A stretch of DNA of 64,000 bases from Cyanobacteria bacterium J06626_4 (GTDB taxonomy: Bacteria > Cyanobacteriota > Cyanobacteriia > Phormidesmidales > Phormidesmidaceae), in the NCBI GenBank assembly GCA_038523235.1, contig JBCBJQ010000023.1, positions 1 to 64,000 on the forward strand, in the 5' to 3' direction. Each line of letters starts with the position of its first letter. Within the stretch, counting starts at the first letter, position 1. Shown here one piece after another: positions 42,211-52,019 of the stretch. The position numbers were made by a program, and so were the translations under genes. Under the pieces are notes generated by a model. It had not been told where the DNA came from and made no database searches. It worked only from the letters and a program-made list of their open reading frames with translations.

Positions 42211-42951
42211 GCATCCAGGCAACAAAGCCCCTCGACAATAGATAGCGATGGCCATTTTGTTGAGGACACCGAAGAGCGCTCTGAGCCTTCGCGCATCTGC
42301 AAAGGGGTGCCGCCGTCTGGCCCTAACTGCCCTGGCGACTGCGATGTCTGCCACCCGGCAGCCCCTCAGCGAGGTTAAGAAATTTACAGAGGAGGGGTCT
42401 GCTACCCGTACTCACCCAACTGTGGCCAAAAATAGCCAGTTGGGTGATTTGCTGCATCGGGAAACTTCTCTAAGATTGCTCAAGTATTAGATGGGGCCAG
42501 ACCTGTCCCCTGTCGGCTTTAGCCGAAGACAGTTCTATCGATCAGCTGGCAGTGCAGCGCCTTGGGGAGGGGAGCAATGCCTAGCAGATTTTGCCCCTGT
42601 GACGAATCCCCTTGCCTCCTCGGTGAAGGCGGTTTTTGAGCCAGTGGTTGACCGGCGATCGCGGGTGACCAGCCTGGGTCAGCCTTCATCGGTGTCGATG
42701 TTGGCTTGGGTGTGTGAATCACGCTGGTTGGCGATCGCTGGGCTCGTCAAAAAACCGCTAAACCGGGTCTGACGATACCCGTAGCATTACCTAGTTCATC
42801 GTCTGCCGGGCTGTCGTTGCTGATTTAGCAACTGGCCCGTTAGCCCCAGGGGAGCTGGTTATGGTGATACACACCGACTTGTTTTGCCCTCGGCATCCTG
42901 TGGCAGCGATCGCCCGTTAGCCCATTTGTTGTTTCAGACTGGTGTAATACC

Positions 42952-43401
42952 ATGCAAGCCTGCGTTACTTTGACCGATGTCATCTTTGTCGAAAATGAAG
43001 ATGTTGATGTCGAGCAGCTGAATATTCTCTATCAAATTTGTGACTGGGATGCCGGGGAACAAAGAACCGACGAGAAAACAGCAGATATGCTGCGGCTGAG
43101 TCACTACTACATTGCCGCTTACGCCGCGAATAATCTTTTAGTGGGGTTTGCGCGAGTTTGCGGTGACCCTTACGTCGCTCAAGTTTTGGACGTGATGACC
43201 CATCCGCTTTATCGCCGTGAAGGGATTGCGACCCGCTGCATGCTCGGCGTTCTGGCTTATCTTTGGCGGTCAAACTACGTTTCTGTCACGTTGAACGACT
43301 GCAGCGGTGTCCCCGATTTTTGCTCGCAGTTTGGGTTTCGCCCCCCGCATGCTGATGCGATTCCTTGGGTTTGGCGCGGTTCCTGTCATTCGCCAATCTA
43401 G
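42952..43401 (+). CDS. GNAT family N-acetyltransferase
   Basis: LVGFARV, DVMTHPLYRREGIAT, F...FGF. Confidence 0.8.
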   Translation: MQACVTLTDVIFVENEDVDVEQLNILYQICDWDAGEQRTDEKTADMLRLSHYYIAAYAANNLLVGFARVCGDPYVAQVLDVMTHPLYRREGIATRCMLGVLAYLWRSNYVSVTLNDCSGVPDFCSQFGFRPPHADAIPWVWRGSCHSPI

Positions 43402-43461
43402 AGGTGTGAGGGCCGTTCCGGGAAGGGTGAACGTGGCTTGGTTTTTAACGAGGAGTCCTGC

Positions 43462-43630
43462 TTATCCCAGTTCTACAAATTACAGCTATATAGTGAAATC
43501 GGCTTTCTCCCAGTCGGAGACACGGCGTGTTGGCCTGGTCTGCCCGTCGGGCTGACGACTCTGCTCAGCCGACGTGCCTTGAGCGGAGTCGAAAGGCAGA
43601 TCGGTAGTCCAGTTTCAGAGCATTGTTCTA
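43462..43630 (+). mobile_element. MITE-like element, TIR family X, with ctgagcggagtcgaa-type core
   Basis: Left end ttatcccagttctacaaattacagc; core nearly identical, in inverted orientation, to the core of 46415-46535. Confidence 0.65.
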
Positions 43631-43705
43631 AAAATAGAGTGCCAAGATCCCGGGTTTCTGTCGGAGCATGGGCCATCGACGAGTCATCACGCAGCAACCG
43701 GGGAT

Positions 43706-43936
43706 CTAACGACCCCTTTTTATCCTTTGGGGATGTCGCCACCGCATCATGGACGATTGGGATAAGAGCACCATCAAGGCGGCAAATCCAAGGCTGGAGG
43801 CGGCCCCAATCGGTTCTCCCGTGGTGATCAAGAGACCGACGGCAATCGCCACTATGACGCCTAGTCCCAGCAACTTTCCCAGGGCATTGGCGAGAATCGA
43901 CCACAGCCAGAATTGCTGGTTTTGGCGGCAAAACAT
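43706..43936 (-). CDS. small two-TM membrane protein
   Basis: Two hydrophobic helices; follows the lipoprotein gene on the same strand. Confidence 0.5.
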   Translation of the reverse strand: MFCRQNQQFWLWSILANALGKLLGLGVIVAIAVGLLITTGEPIGAASSLGFAALMVLLSQSSMMRWRHPQRIKRGR

Positions 43937-43959
43937 CACGCTGGAACGGCCCCTCAACT

Positions 43960-44643
43960 TTAACTACAGCCTTCGATCCATTGCACCTCAGGCGATCGCC
44001 CACTCCGGAAATTCATCACCTGATGCCCCTGGTTAGCGTTGGTTTCAAAGATGATGCTGTGATACGGCGGATTGGGATCGGTCACAGTGAGATAATGGCC
44101 CTCGACGTAGGGATGCAGCGTGATTTCCGCTTCTGGATAGGCGGCGATCACGTCGGCTTCTGAGGCCCATAACCCAATCCCTTCGGGGGTGGTGATTTGG
44201 CTGCTTTCCACCTCAACGGCAACCGGTTGACCATCGACCTTTTGGCGAGTGAGGTAACTGATGTCGACGCGGGCGATGCGATCTTCTATTACCATCAAAG
44301 CCAGCTCGGGTGGCCCCGCTGTCGGTCTGGCGTAGGCACAGCGGCTGGGCTCACCCGTCCCCGCATAGTCAAAATATCTCACGACCAACTCGATATTGGC
44401 TGCTGCTTCGGCTTCAGCAACGGTCATACCAATTTGAATCGGCCCGATGCCCGCAAAGGTGACTTGAGATTGGGGCGTTAATTCATTGGTGTTGTCGGCG
44501 CTCTCGCTGTTCTCAGGCGCTGGAGTCGCGGGGGCCGTTGGTGGCTCAGACGTGCCTAGCGTACAAGCCGATAAAGCTAGCGATAGGCCGAAGCTCATCC
44601 ATGATCTGAGCGGAGTGGTTGGTCTCACTTGCTGATCGAACAT
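43960..44643 (-). CDS. lipoprotein, hypothetical
   Basis: Lipobox LSAC; GIGPIQIGMT...EGCS C-terminus. Confidence 0.75.
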   Translation of the reverse strand: MFDQQVRPTTPLRSWMSFGLSLALSACTLGTSEPPTAPATPAPENSESADNTNELTPQSQVTFAGIGPIQIGMTVAEAEAAANIELVVRYFDYAGTGEPSRCAYARPTAGPPELALMVIEDRIARVDISYLTRQKVDGQPVAVEVESSQITTPEGIGLWASEADVIAAYPEAEITLHPYVEGHYLTVTDPNPPYHSIIFETNANQGHQVMNFRSGRSPEVQWIEGCS

Positions 44644-44814
44644 GGCTTTAGAGACGTGACTCCACAGCTACGGCTCTCTAGCTTAATCAACCCATTTGTC
44701 TGACCACATCAACTCAGTGGACATTCTTTTTGAGCCCATCGGCAGGGGAGTTCTTGAGTACCCTAGGAATGATATAAGCATCACGATTAGTCAGCCCTTT
44801 TGGAGTGATTAGCG

Positions 44815-45075
44815 ATGACCCCTAAAGATAATGCCGACAAGCACCGCGCTTTAGCGGATATCGTCTATCAATTTTCACTGGGCATTGCTTTTGGCTTAGT
44901 CCTGGCGATGCTCCCGGCACTCTTGATTTCATGGTCCGTTCTAGAGTGGTGCACCTTATACCTCGCTATCTTGGGAGGGGGCGTGCTGCTCTGTGGCGTT
45001 CTGTCTGCCATCTTAGGCAAACAATTCTTAGCGCCGTTGATCAATGTTCTCGAATCGATGCCACCGATCGCCTGA
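44815..45075 (+). CDS. small two-TM membrane protein
   Basis: GGAG upstream; two hydrophobic helices. Confidence 0.65.
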   Translation: MTPKDNADKHRALADIVYQFSLGIAFGLVLAMLPALLISWSVLEWCTLYLAILGGGVLLCGVLSAILGKQFLAPLINVLESMPPIA

Positions 45076-45118
45076 ATCGCGATAGAGAGCTGTCGTTCAC
45101 ATTAAGCCTGACAGACCA

Positions 45119-46222
45119 CTAGTTGGTCGGATTCACATAGGGCGATTCGATCGGCTCGACTTCCCCTTGCGCTAACAAAGCCTGATGAATCATGACGATG
45201 ATTTCGGCGCGGGTGGCGGGTCGCTGCGGAGCCAAGGCTTGGGGTTCGGGATAGTTGACGATGACGTTTTGGTCGATCGCGGCAGCCACCTTGGCTTTTG
45301 ACCAGTTGGGGAGGTCGTTACCGCCGTTGAACTGATTCAACAGGCCATCCACATCCCCCGGCGCGGCTAAACCGAGGCCGGTCGAGAGTGTGACTAACAC
45401 CTGATACCGAGGCACTAACTGATCGGGCTGGAAGGTATCGTCGGGAAACCCCGACATATAGCCAGCGTTAACGACTTGATCAATTGCGGTCACGGCCCAA
45501 AAATCTGGCGTTATGTCAGCAAAGCTGAGCGATCGCTGGGCCGGTTCATCCTTCACAAAGGAACTGTTGAGCAGGGCGGCAAACTCGGCTCGGGTCATCT
45601 CTTGATCGGGGTTGAGTCGCCCCTCGGGCAGGTCGGGCAGCAGTCCTCGTTCATACAGGCTGACAATGTAGGGATAGGCCCAATAGTCAGGGGCAACGTC
45701 AGAAATATCGAGGGGCGGCGGGGTGGCGGTTTCAGAGGGCTCACTGTCAGTCGCCGAGGGCTCACTGTCAATGGCTGCTTCCGAGGTGGAGAGGTTTGGC
45801 GGGGGGACAGTGACAGCATCCGACGGTGCGGCAAGATCGGTGTTGCCCCTGGCCCGGTTATCCGGCTGGGGAGTCGGAGTAAACAGCGACCGGTCTTCTT
45901 GGCGGTCTGCTTCTAGCCCTTCTGCATCCGTTTCAGTTGCCGCGTCCAAGCGAGCGGAGTCGCGATCACTCGGCCCCAGCGGGCGCTCGGCGTCTTCCCC
46001 ACCACCAGTGAGGGGACCTTCCTCCACTAAGGCTGGTGCTGAGACGGTGGGCAACGGCGATGACGATAGAAATGATTGCGAGCCCCGGCTCCACCCCCAC
46101 CAAAGGACCGTCCCGATTGACAAGAAGGCGATCGCCACTGCGATCGCCTCATCGTTGTCGCGGCGGCGGGCTGGGGGTTGTCTGTCGTTGGGGTCGGAGC
46201 CAGAAGGGGGCAGATTGACCAT
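45119..46222 (-). CDS. S-layer homology (SLH) domain protein with N-terminal TM
   Basis: DVAPDYWAYPYI, TRAEFAA, FADITPDFWA...GFPDDTFQP, ATRAE. Confidence 0.88.
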   Translation of the reverse strand: MVNLPPSGSDPNDRQPPARRRDNDEAIAVAIAFLSIGTVLWWGWSRGSQSFLSSSPLPTVSAPALVEEGPLTGGGEDAERPLGPSDRDSARLDAATETDAEGLEADRQEDRSLFTPTPQPDNRARGNTDLAAPSDAVTVPPPNLSTSEAAIDSEPSATDSEPSETATPPPLDISDVAPDYWAYPYIVSLYERGLLPDLPEGRLNPDQEMTRAEFAALLNSSFVKDEPAQRSLSFADITPDFWAVTAIDQVVNAGYMSGFPDDTFQPDQLVPRYQVLVTLSTGLGLAAPGDVDGLLNQFNGGNDLPNWSKAKVAAAIDQNVIVNYPEPQALAPQRPATRAEIIVMIHQALLAQGEVEPIESPYVNPTN

Positions 46223-46414
46223 GATGTTGAAACAGCGACGTCACAAAGGAGGGCTTTATGGGGTCATCTTACTGCCATAAGGCGGATCATTTACCTTTCT
46301 CAAGGCTGAGAAACTGACAAGTTCTATGGGCGGCATGGCCCTGGGGCGGACCGGCCAACGGCATGACGTTATCCCGATGCTCTGAAACAAGCCGATAAAT
46401 CGGCCCGATGTCCC

Positions 46415-46535
46415 TGAATCCCAATTCTTTGAAGCTGGTCTACCGATCTTCCTTTCGACTCCGCTCAAGGAACGTCGGCTGAGCGGAGTTGAAGCCGACT
46501 GGTCTGTGTCGCTGTAATTTGCAGAACTGTTATGA
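46415..46535 (-). mobile_element. MITE-like element, TIR family X
   Basis: Reverse complement begins ataacagttctgcaaattacagc and ends gtagaccagcttcaaagaattgggattca. Confidence 0.65.
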
Positions 46536-46596
46536 GCTTTCTGGCATGGCCAAGCTGGCAGCGAGCGTTCGATCACTGAGAATTGATGGCCTGGGG

Positions 46597-48657
46597 TCAC
46601 ACGAAATGCTGAATTCCGCTGTCCGACAAGTGCTCCCTGGCGGCACAAAACCGCCAGGCTCGCAGCACCTCAGCCACTGACCAGGCTTGAGCATAGGCGC
46701 CGCGTGGGGCAAAGGGCGGGTCGCCGTCAAAAATTTCGCTCACGGTGCCAATGCAGCCACTGCGGAGATGATCGGCAAACGGTGCTAAAAAACTGCTCGC
46801 CAAGGCCGCATCGTGGTAGACCTGCCAGTGTGCCTGCACCAACGGGCCGATCAGCCAGCCCCAGACGGTGCCCTGATGGTAAGCGCCGTCACGGGTGCGT
46901 GGGTCGCCGCCATAATGGCCTTGATAATCGGCATGGTGGGGCGCGAGCGATCGCACCCCATAGGATGTCAATAACTGACGCGCGACGACATCGACGACAG
47001 CTTTTTGCTGGGCCGGTGAGAGCAGCGGGGCAGCGGCGATTCCTGTCTCGGGTGAGCTGAGGGGCGTAGGCAGAGCGATCGCCAAAATCTGGTTGGGGCG
47101 CAGACTGCCATCGTTGCCCTGCGGGCCGTCAAGCACGTCATAGCAGTAGCCCAGCTCGTCTGACCAAAATCGCTGAAAGCCGTGGCGAGTGTGGGCGGCC
47201 ATCTGGCGGTAGGCATCACCATCGCGGCCTAGCTGATCGGCAAACTGCGCCATGATCAGCAGCGCGTTGTACCACAGGGCATTGATTTCAATGGGTTTGC
47301 CAACGCGTGGGGTGACGACCCAATCGCCCACCTTGGCATCCATCCAGGTGAGCTGTGAACCCGGTTCCCCCGCCTGAATTAGACCGTCGGCGGCAAGATG
47401 AATGTGGTAGCGGGTGCCGTGCTGATGCCAGCGAATGATGTCTGCCAGGGCCGGAAACAGTTCCTCAATGAGCGTATCGTCAGCGGTGGCGGCGACATAG
47501 GCGCGCAGCGCTTCGAAATACCAGAGCACCGCGTCAACCGTGTTGTAGGCCGGAGCCTCTCCCGCTTCGGGAAACGTGTTGGGCAACATGCCCTGATCAA
47601 TATATTGAGCAAAGGTGTACAGAATCGGTCGGGCGATGTCGGGTCGTCCGGTGGTGATCGCTAACCCTGGCAAGGCCATCATCGTGTCGCGCCCCCAGTC
47701 GCCAAACCAGGGATAGCCCGCAATCACCGTTTTTCCCGGGCGCCCGGCCACTAATCGCGACACCACAAACTGATCGGCTGCTAGCACCAGTTGCGCCACC
47801 CAAGCCGGGGCGGGGTCGGGTGATTTTAAATCAGTTTGCCACGCCTCTAAGAGCTGCCGTTCGTGCTGGTGCTGTCGGGTTAGGGCGTCTGGAAACGCGA
47901 TCGTTTCTGGGCGTTCCGTTGTCGCGGCGAGAGTAATCGTCTCACCCACCGCCAACGTCGCGTGAAAAGTCGCCCCGTGCAGGTGGTCATCGTGGGGGTC
48001 AATACCGCGATCGCTTTCTATCGCCAGGTCATAACCCGTGTACCACTCGTGCTGGGGCGTGCAGTCGCCGCGATCGCTCATCAGATAAAAGGCCGTCGCG
48101 TCCTTTGTCGGCAGCACCTGCACCCCGTGGGGCAACGCCGAAATTTGCAGGTGCCAGTCGGCACCCCGCGTACTGTGGTGATGATCGCGATAATTCACCA
48201 GGGCCTTAAGCGCTAGTTGCACCGGCCCGCTGCCGCGCTGCAGGTGGTAACGCACATAGGTGGTATTTGCGCCCTGCTCCATCCACACCTGTTTGACCAG
48301 CTGCGCATCGGCCAGTCCATAGACCCAGGTGGGGATGGTGCCCTGCAGCTCAAATCGCTCGATATGTTGATAGCCCTGGGGAGTAATCGCCCCGCTGGTC
48401 CAACGATCGCAGTGCAGCGCCCAGGTTTGCCCTTGGTAGATGGCGATTTCATCCAGCTTGGTCACCAGCAGCGTGCGACCCAGGGGCGGTTTCAGCGCGG
48501 CGATCAACAGCCCGTGATAATGGCGGGTCAGCCCGCCCGCGATCGTGCCGCAACCATACCCGCCGATGCCATTGGTCACCAGCCATTCACGGGTCGCCGC
48601 CGTCGCTAAATCACCACAAATCGCTCGACCAAACTGCAGCATCGATTGCGCCCCCAT
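46597..48657 (-). CDS. amylo-alpha-1,6-glucosidase (glycogen debranching enzyme)
   Basis: REWLVTNGIGGY, IAGYPWFGDWGRD, QLTWMDAK, AYHQGTVW, AQAWSVAE. Confidence 0.92.
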   Translation of the reverse strand: MGAQSMLQFGRAICGDLATAATREWLVTNGIGGYGCGTIAGGLTRHYHGLLIAALKPPLGRTLLVTKLDEIAIYQGQTWALHCDRWTSGAITPQGYQHIERFELQGTIPTWVYGLADAQLVKQVWMEQGANTTYVRYHLQRGSGPVQLALKALVNYRDHHHSTRGADWHLQISALPHGVQVLPTKDATAFYLMSDRGDCTPQHEWYTGYDLAIESDRGIDPHDDHLHGATFHATLAVGETITLAATTERPETIAFPDALTRQHQHERQLLEAWQTDLKSPDPAPAWVAQLVLAADQFVVSRLVAGRPGKTVIAGYPWFGDWGRDTMMALPGLAITTGRPDIARPILYTFAQYIDQGMLPNTFPEAGEAPAYNTVDAVLWYFEALRAYVAATADDTLIEELFPALADIIRWHQHGTRYHIHLAADGLIQAGEPGSQLTWMDAKVGDWVVTPRVGKPIEINALWYNALLIMAQFADQLGRDGDAYRQMAAHTRHGFQRFWSDELGYCYDVLDGPQGNDGSLRPNQILAIALPTPLSSPETGIAAAPLLSPAQQKAVVDVVARQLLTSYGVRSLAPHHADYQGHYGGDPRTRDGAYHQGTVWGWLIGPLVQAHWQVYHDAALASSFLAPFADHLRSGCIGTVSEIFDGDPPFAPRGAYAQAWSVAEVLRAWRFCAAREHLSDSGIQHFV

Positions 48658-48675
48658 TATCCGTCACGATCGCGG

Positions 48676-48835
48676 TTATCCTACCTGATTTAGGTTGCCG
48701 GACAGAGTTCCCCTCGACCGGGCAGGGGCGGCGATTGCTGATGCCAGAGAGTTCGCGTCCCATGGTCTGGAATCTCGGATTAAGTACCTATGAACTATGC
48801 TAGAGCTGTCTGGCAACTGTGTTTCCCATCCGATC
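48676..48835. mobile_element. possible MITE remnant
   Basis: Inverted repeat gttgccggacag / ctgtctggcaac bracketing about 100 bp. Confidence 0.35.
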
Positions 48836-48887
48836 CAGTTTGGAAAAAGGCCAGGAGCCCTGTCTTCACAATCGCCCCCTGTGAACC

Positions 48888-49859
48888 ATGCCCAAGTCAC
48901 GCCAGCTCGAAGTGCTGATTGCCCAACTCAACCAAATTCGCTCTGCCCCCACCTCTGAGCTGGGGCTGGCTACCTTGAGTCAAATTATGGCCAGTCGCCA
49001 CAGCATCGCGATCGCTCAGGCGGCTCGCTTGGTGGGAGAGTTTGAGATTCGCGCCCTGATTCCCAACCTGGTGAGCGCCTTTGACCGACTCATGGTGAAG
49101 GCCAAAGACCGCGATCCGGGCTGTCGGGGCAAAGCGGCGATCGCCGACAGCCTGTATCGGCTCGAACATGCTGACGAAACGCTCTTTTTGCAGGGGATTC
49201 GCCACGTACAGTGGGAGCCCACCTGGGGCGCGCAGGTGGATACGGCCCCCCATCTGCGCGGCCTCTGTGCCCTGGGACTGGTACGGATGAATTACGGTAA
49301 TGCCCTGATCGAACTGGCCGACCTGCTCGCCGACCCCGAAATCGAAGCCCGCATTGGGGCCGCCCGCGCGATCGCCTACAGCGAAAATCCGTTTGGGGTG
49401 GCGCTGCTGCGGCTGCGCATCAAGGTGGGCGACACGCCTACGGTCTTGGGGGAATGTATGGCGGCGTTGCTGCAGCTATCGGTGCCCGACACCCTGCCCC
49501 TGGCGGCGATGTTGCTCCATGCCGGCACCAAAGAGTCTGATTCGCGCGAGGCGATCGAACGGGCCGAGGTGATTGCCCTCGTGCTCGGTGAGTCGCGCCT
49601 GCCCGCCGCGCTGCCGGTGCTGCAAACCTGGTGGCAAACAATTACTCACCGCGACCTGCGTGAAACGGGCCTGCTGGCGATCGCGACGCTGCGCCAAGAT
49701 GACGCCCTGCAATGGCTGCTGCAGCTGCTGGCTGAGGGCTCATTGAGCGATGCGAAAGCGGCTTTAGCAGCGCTCAGGCTGTATCAGCAAGAGAATTTTC
49801 TGTGGTCAAAAGTGCAGGCTATTCTAGAACAGCGGCCAGAATTAACATTTGACCCATAA
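48888..49859 (+). CDS. HEAT-repeat protein
   Basis: All-helical Leu/Ala-rich repeats; DPGCRGK, DTAPHLRG, LADPEIEARIGAARA. Confidence 0.75.
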   Translation: MPKSRQLEVLIAQLNQIRSAPTSELGLATLSQIMASRHSIAIAQAARLVGEFEIRALIPNLVSAFDRLMVKAKDRDPGCRGKAAIADSLYRLEHADETLFLQGIRHVQWEPTWGAQVDTAPHLRGLCALGLVRMNYGNALIELADLLADPEIEARIGAARAIAYSENPFGVALLRLRIKVGDTPTVLGECMAALLQLSVPDTLPLAAMLLHAGTKESDSREAIERAEVIALVLGESRLPAALPVLQTWWQTITHRDLRETGLLAIATLRQDDALQWLLQLLAEGSLSDAKAALAALRLYQQENFLWSKVQAILEQRPELTFDP

Positions 49860-50391
49860 ACTTGACCGTCACCCCGCATTTACACAAATTGCTGCGATTT
49901 TGAGCAAGCGCCGAGCACTGATTTTGGGCCTATTTGGGGGAGGCATTAATCATTGAGTTCTACTCATTTATTTGTGATTTAGATCACCAGATCTCGATCA
50001 GTAATCACTGAGGATAGTGGGGCTAAAGGACAAATATCCTCTAGAGGAAAAATTTTCTGCGGTCGCGGACCCGCCTGCCGACGGTGTTTCCTTAAGCCCG
50101 ATCGCCGCCATCAAAAAGCTTCGACGTTCAACGGCTAGAGCCTGTCAGCAGGACGTTGAATCGGGGCAGTGAACCGCACTGAGCTTCAAATTATTTCTTG
50201 TATGACTAGTTTGAAAGGGGTCAAAGCGATTTCCTAAATATTCAAACCCCGTATGGGCTGAATGGTTTTTGGGATTTTGTGACTTGGTAGCAGACTGATG
50301 GCGCAAAGGAGCATCAGTCTGCGGGTATTGTGCCGTGGGTAGCGTCACTAAAAGTAATCCTTTTTCATCAGCAATAATTGATTTTTAAACG

Positions 50392-52008
50392 ATGCTGCAA
50401 AAGCTCCTGCATTATCGATGGTTTAGGGGTTCCAAGGTATTAGCTTTGGGGGCTTTTGGGATTACCCTCTTGCCTCAGATGGCTTTGTTAATGCTGTCTT
50501 ATGTGCACGCCCTGACTTACGAACGCAACGAATTGCAGTCCATCGCGTCGTTGAGTGCTCGACAGATGACGAGTCTGATTCGGGCCGCCGAAATCACGCT
50601 GAAGGATCTAGAAACCTACTTCAGCCAAGATCGACTCAATGATGCCCGGCACCTGCAGCTGTTGCAGCGAACGGTCTATCGCGATCCGCGCTTTCGAGAA
50701 ATCGGTGTGGTCAATGAAGCGGGGGCCTTATATTTGACGAGCTTGGGATTTATCGAGCCGCCCATCTTGTTGCAAGACCGGGCTCGCCTCGACTTGTCGA
50801 AAAAAGAACTGCAGATATTGGGGCCTTTGACCACGCAGGTCATGCAAGAACGGTCTTTGGTGTTAGCCTTGCCGACTCGAGGCCAAGGGGAAATCAACAT
50901 TTTGGTAGACCCCATTCTCCTGAGTCATTGGCTGGAAATCAACGGCCTAGAATTAGGCCCTGACGGCTATATTGCCTTCGTCAGAACGGCTGACCAAGAG
51001 ATTATCGACGGTGCCGGACAGCTGCCCCGTGAGGGCAATATTTTATCGGCTCAACCGGCCCGCGATCGCCTGCAGCTGAGTCAGTCTCTAGACGACATTG
51101 GCGTGACGATTGTGGTCAATGTTTCGCGAGCTTGGATTCTCCGAGATTAGCGGAGCTTTTTTCAGCTCGGCGTGCCCATCGCTCTGTTGTCGAGCAGTCT
51201 GATGGCGCTCGCCGCCGGTCATTTTGTGGCGCTCAAAGCCCAGATGGAGCAAGATTTACGCAAGGCGATCGCGAGTGATGAGCTGGAACTGTACTATCAG
51301 CCCATATTAGATATCGAGACCGAGCAGTGCGTCGGGGCCGAAGCCTTGATTCGCTGGCAGCATGCGACGCGGGGGCTGTTGCTGCCGGACGCTTTTATTC
51401 CCCTAACGGAAAAGACCAAGCTGATTGTCAAAATTGGGGAATGGGTGATCAAACAAGTACTGCAAACCCAGGCAGACCTGTTGAAAAAAAATCCTCATCT
51501 CTACATTTCCGTCAATTTATCACCGGTTCAGATCACCTCAGAGGCTCATAGCAAGCGCATTCTCAGCCTGTTAAAGACCTATCCAGAAATGGCGCCGCAT
51601 CTGCTGTTTGAAATCACGGAAAATGTGTTGGTTGAGGATGCCCAGATGCATATTCCTGAGGCGCTGGCGAGTATTCGGGCCTGCGGGGCCAAACTTGCGC
51701 TAGACGACTTTGGCTCTGGCTACTGCGGGATTAATTACCTGTCAAAGCTGCATGTGGATTATCTGAAGATTGATCGCAAATTTGTCTCTGGGAGTGACGT
51801 CACGGCCCAAACGGCCACGGTGTTAGAGGGCATTATTGACCTGGGTAATCGCCTCCAGATGACGGTGGTGGCCGAAGGGGTTGAAACCGAAGCGCAACGG
51901 CAGACTTTGATCAAAAAGGGCGTCCGCTACGGTCAGGGCTACCTGTGGTCGCGCCCCATGCCAGCCCACGAGTTTGCACTGTTTGTGGCTGATAGCTCGC
52001 CGCTGTGA
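50392..52008 (+). pseudogene. membrane sensor (CSS-like) EAL c-di-GMP phosphodiesterase interrupted by an in-frame TAG at 51148-51150
   Basis: ORFs 50392-51150 and 51172-52008 are in the same frame, joined by TAG-CGG-AGC-TTT-TTT-CAG-CTC-GGC; EAL, EITE, DDFGSG, KID, EGVE and QGY are intact. Confidence 0.8.
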
Positions 52009-52019
52009 TGGCTGGGCAA

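Noticed and set aside
42190..42950. several 60-95 aa ORFs on both strands
   Set aside because: Overlapping, with no motifs or clear RBS; cannot be supported as genes.
50280..50340. c-di-GMP-I riboswitch upstream of the EAL gene (GGCGCAAAG resemblance)
   Set aside because: The GGCAAAC/GAAA-tetraloop stem and the downstream receptor stem are not present.
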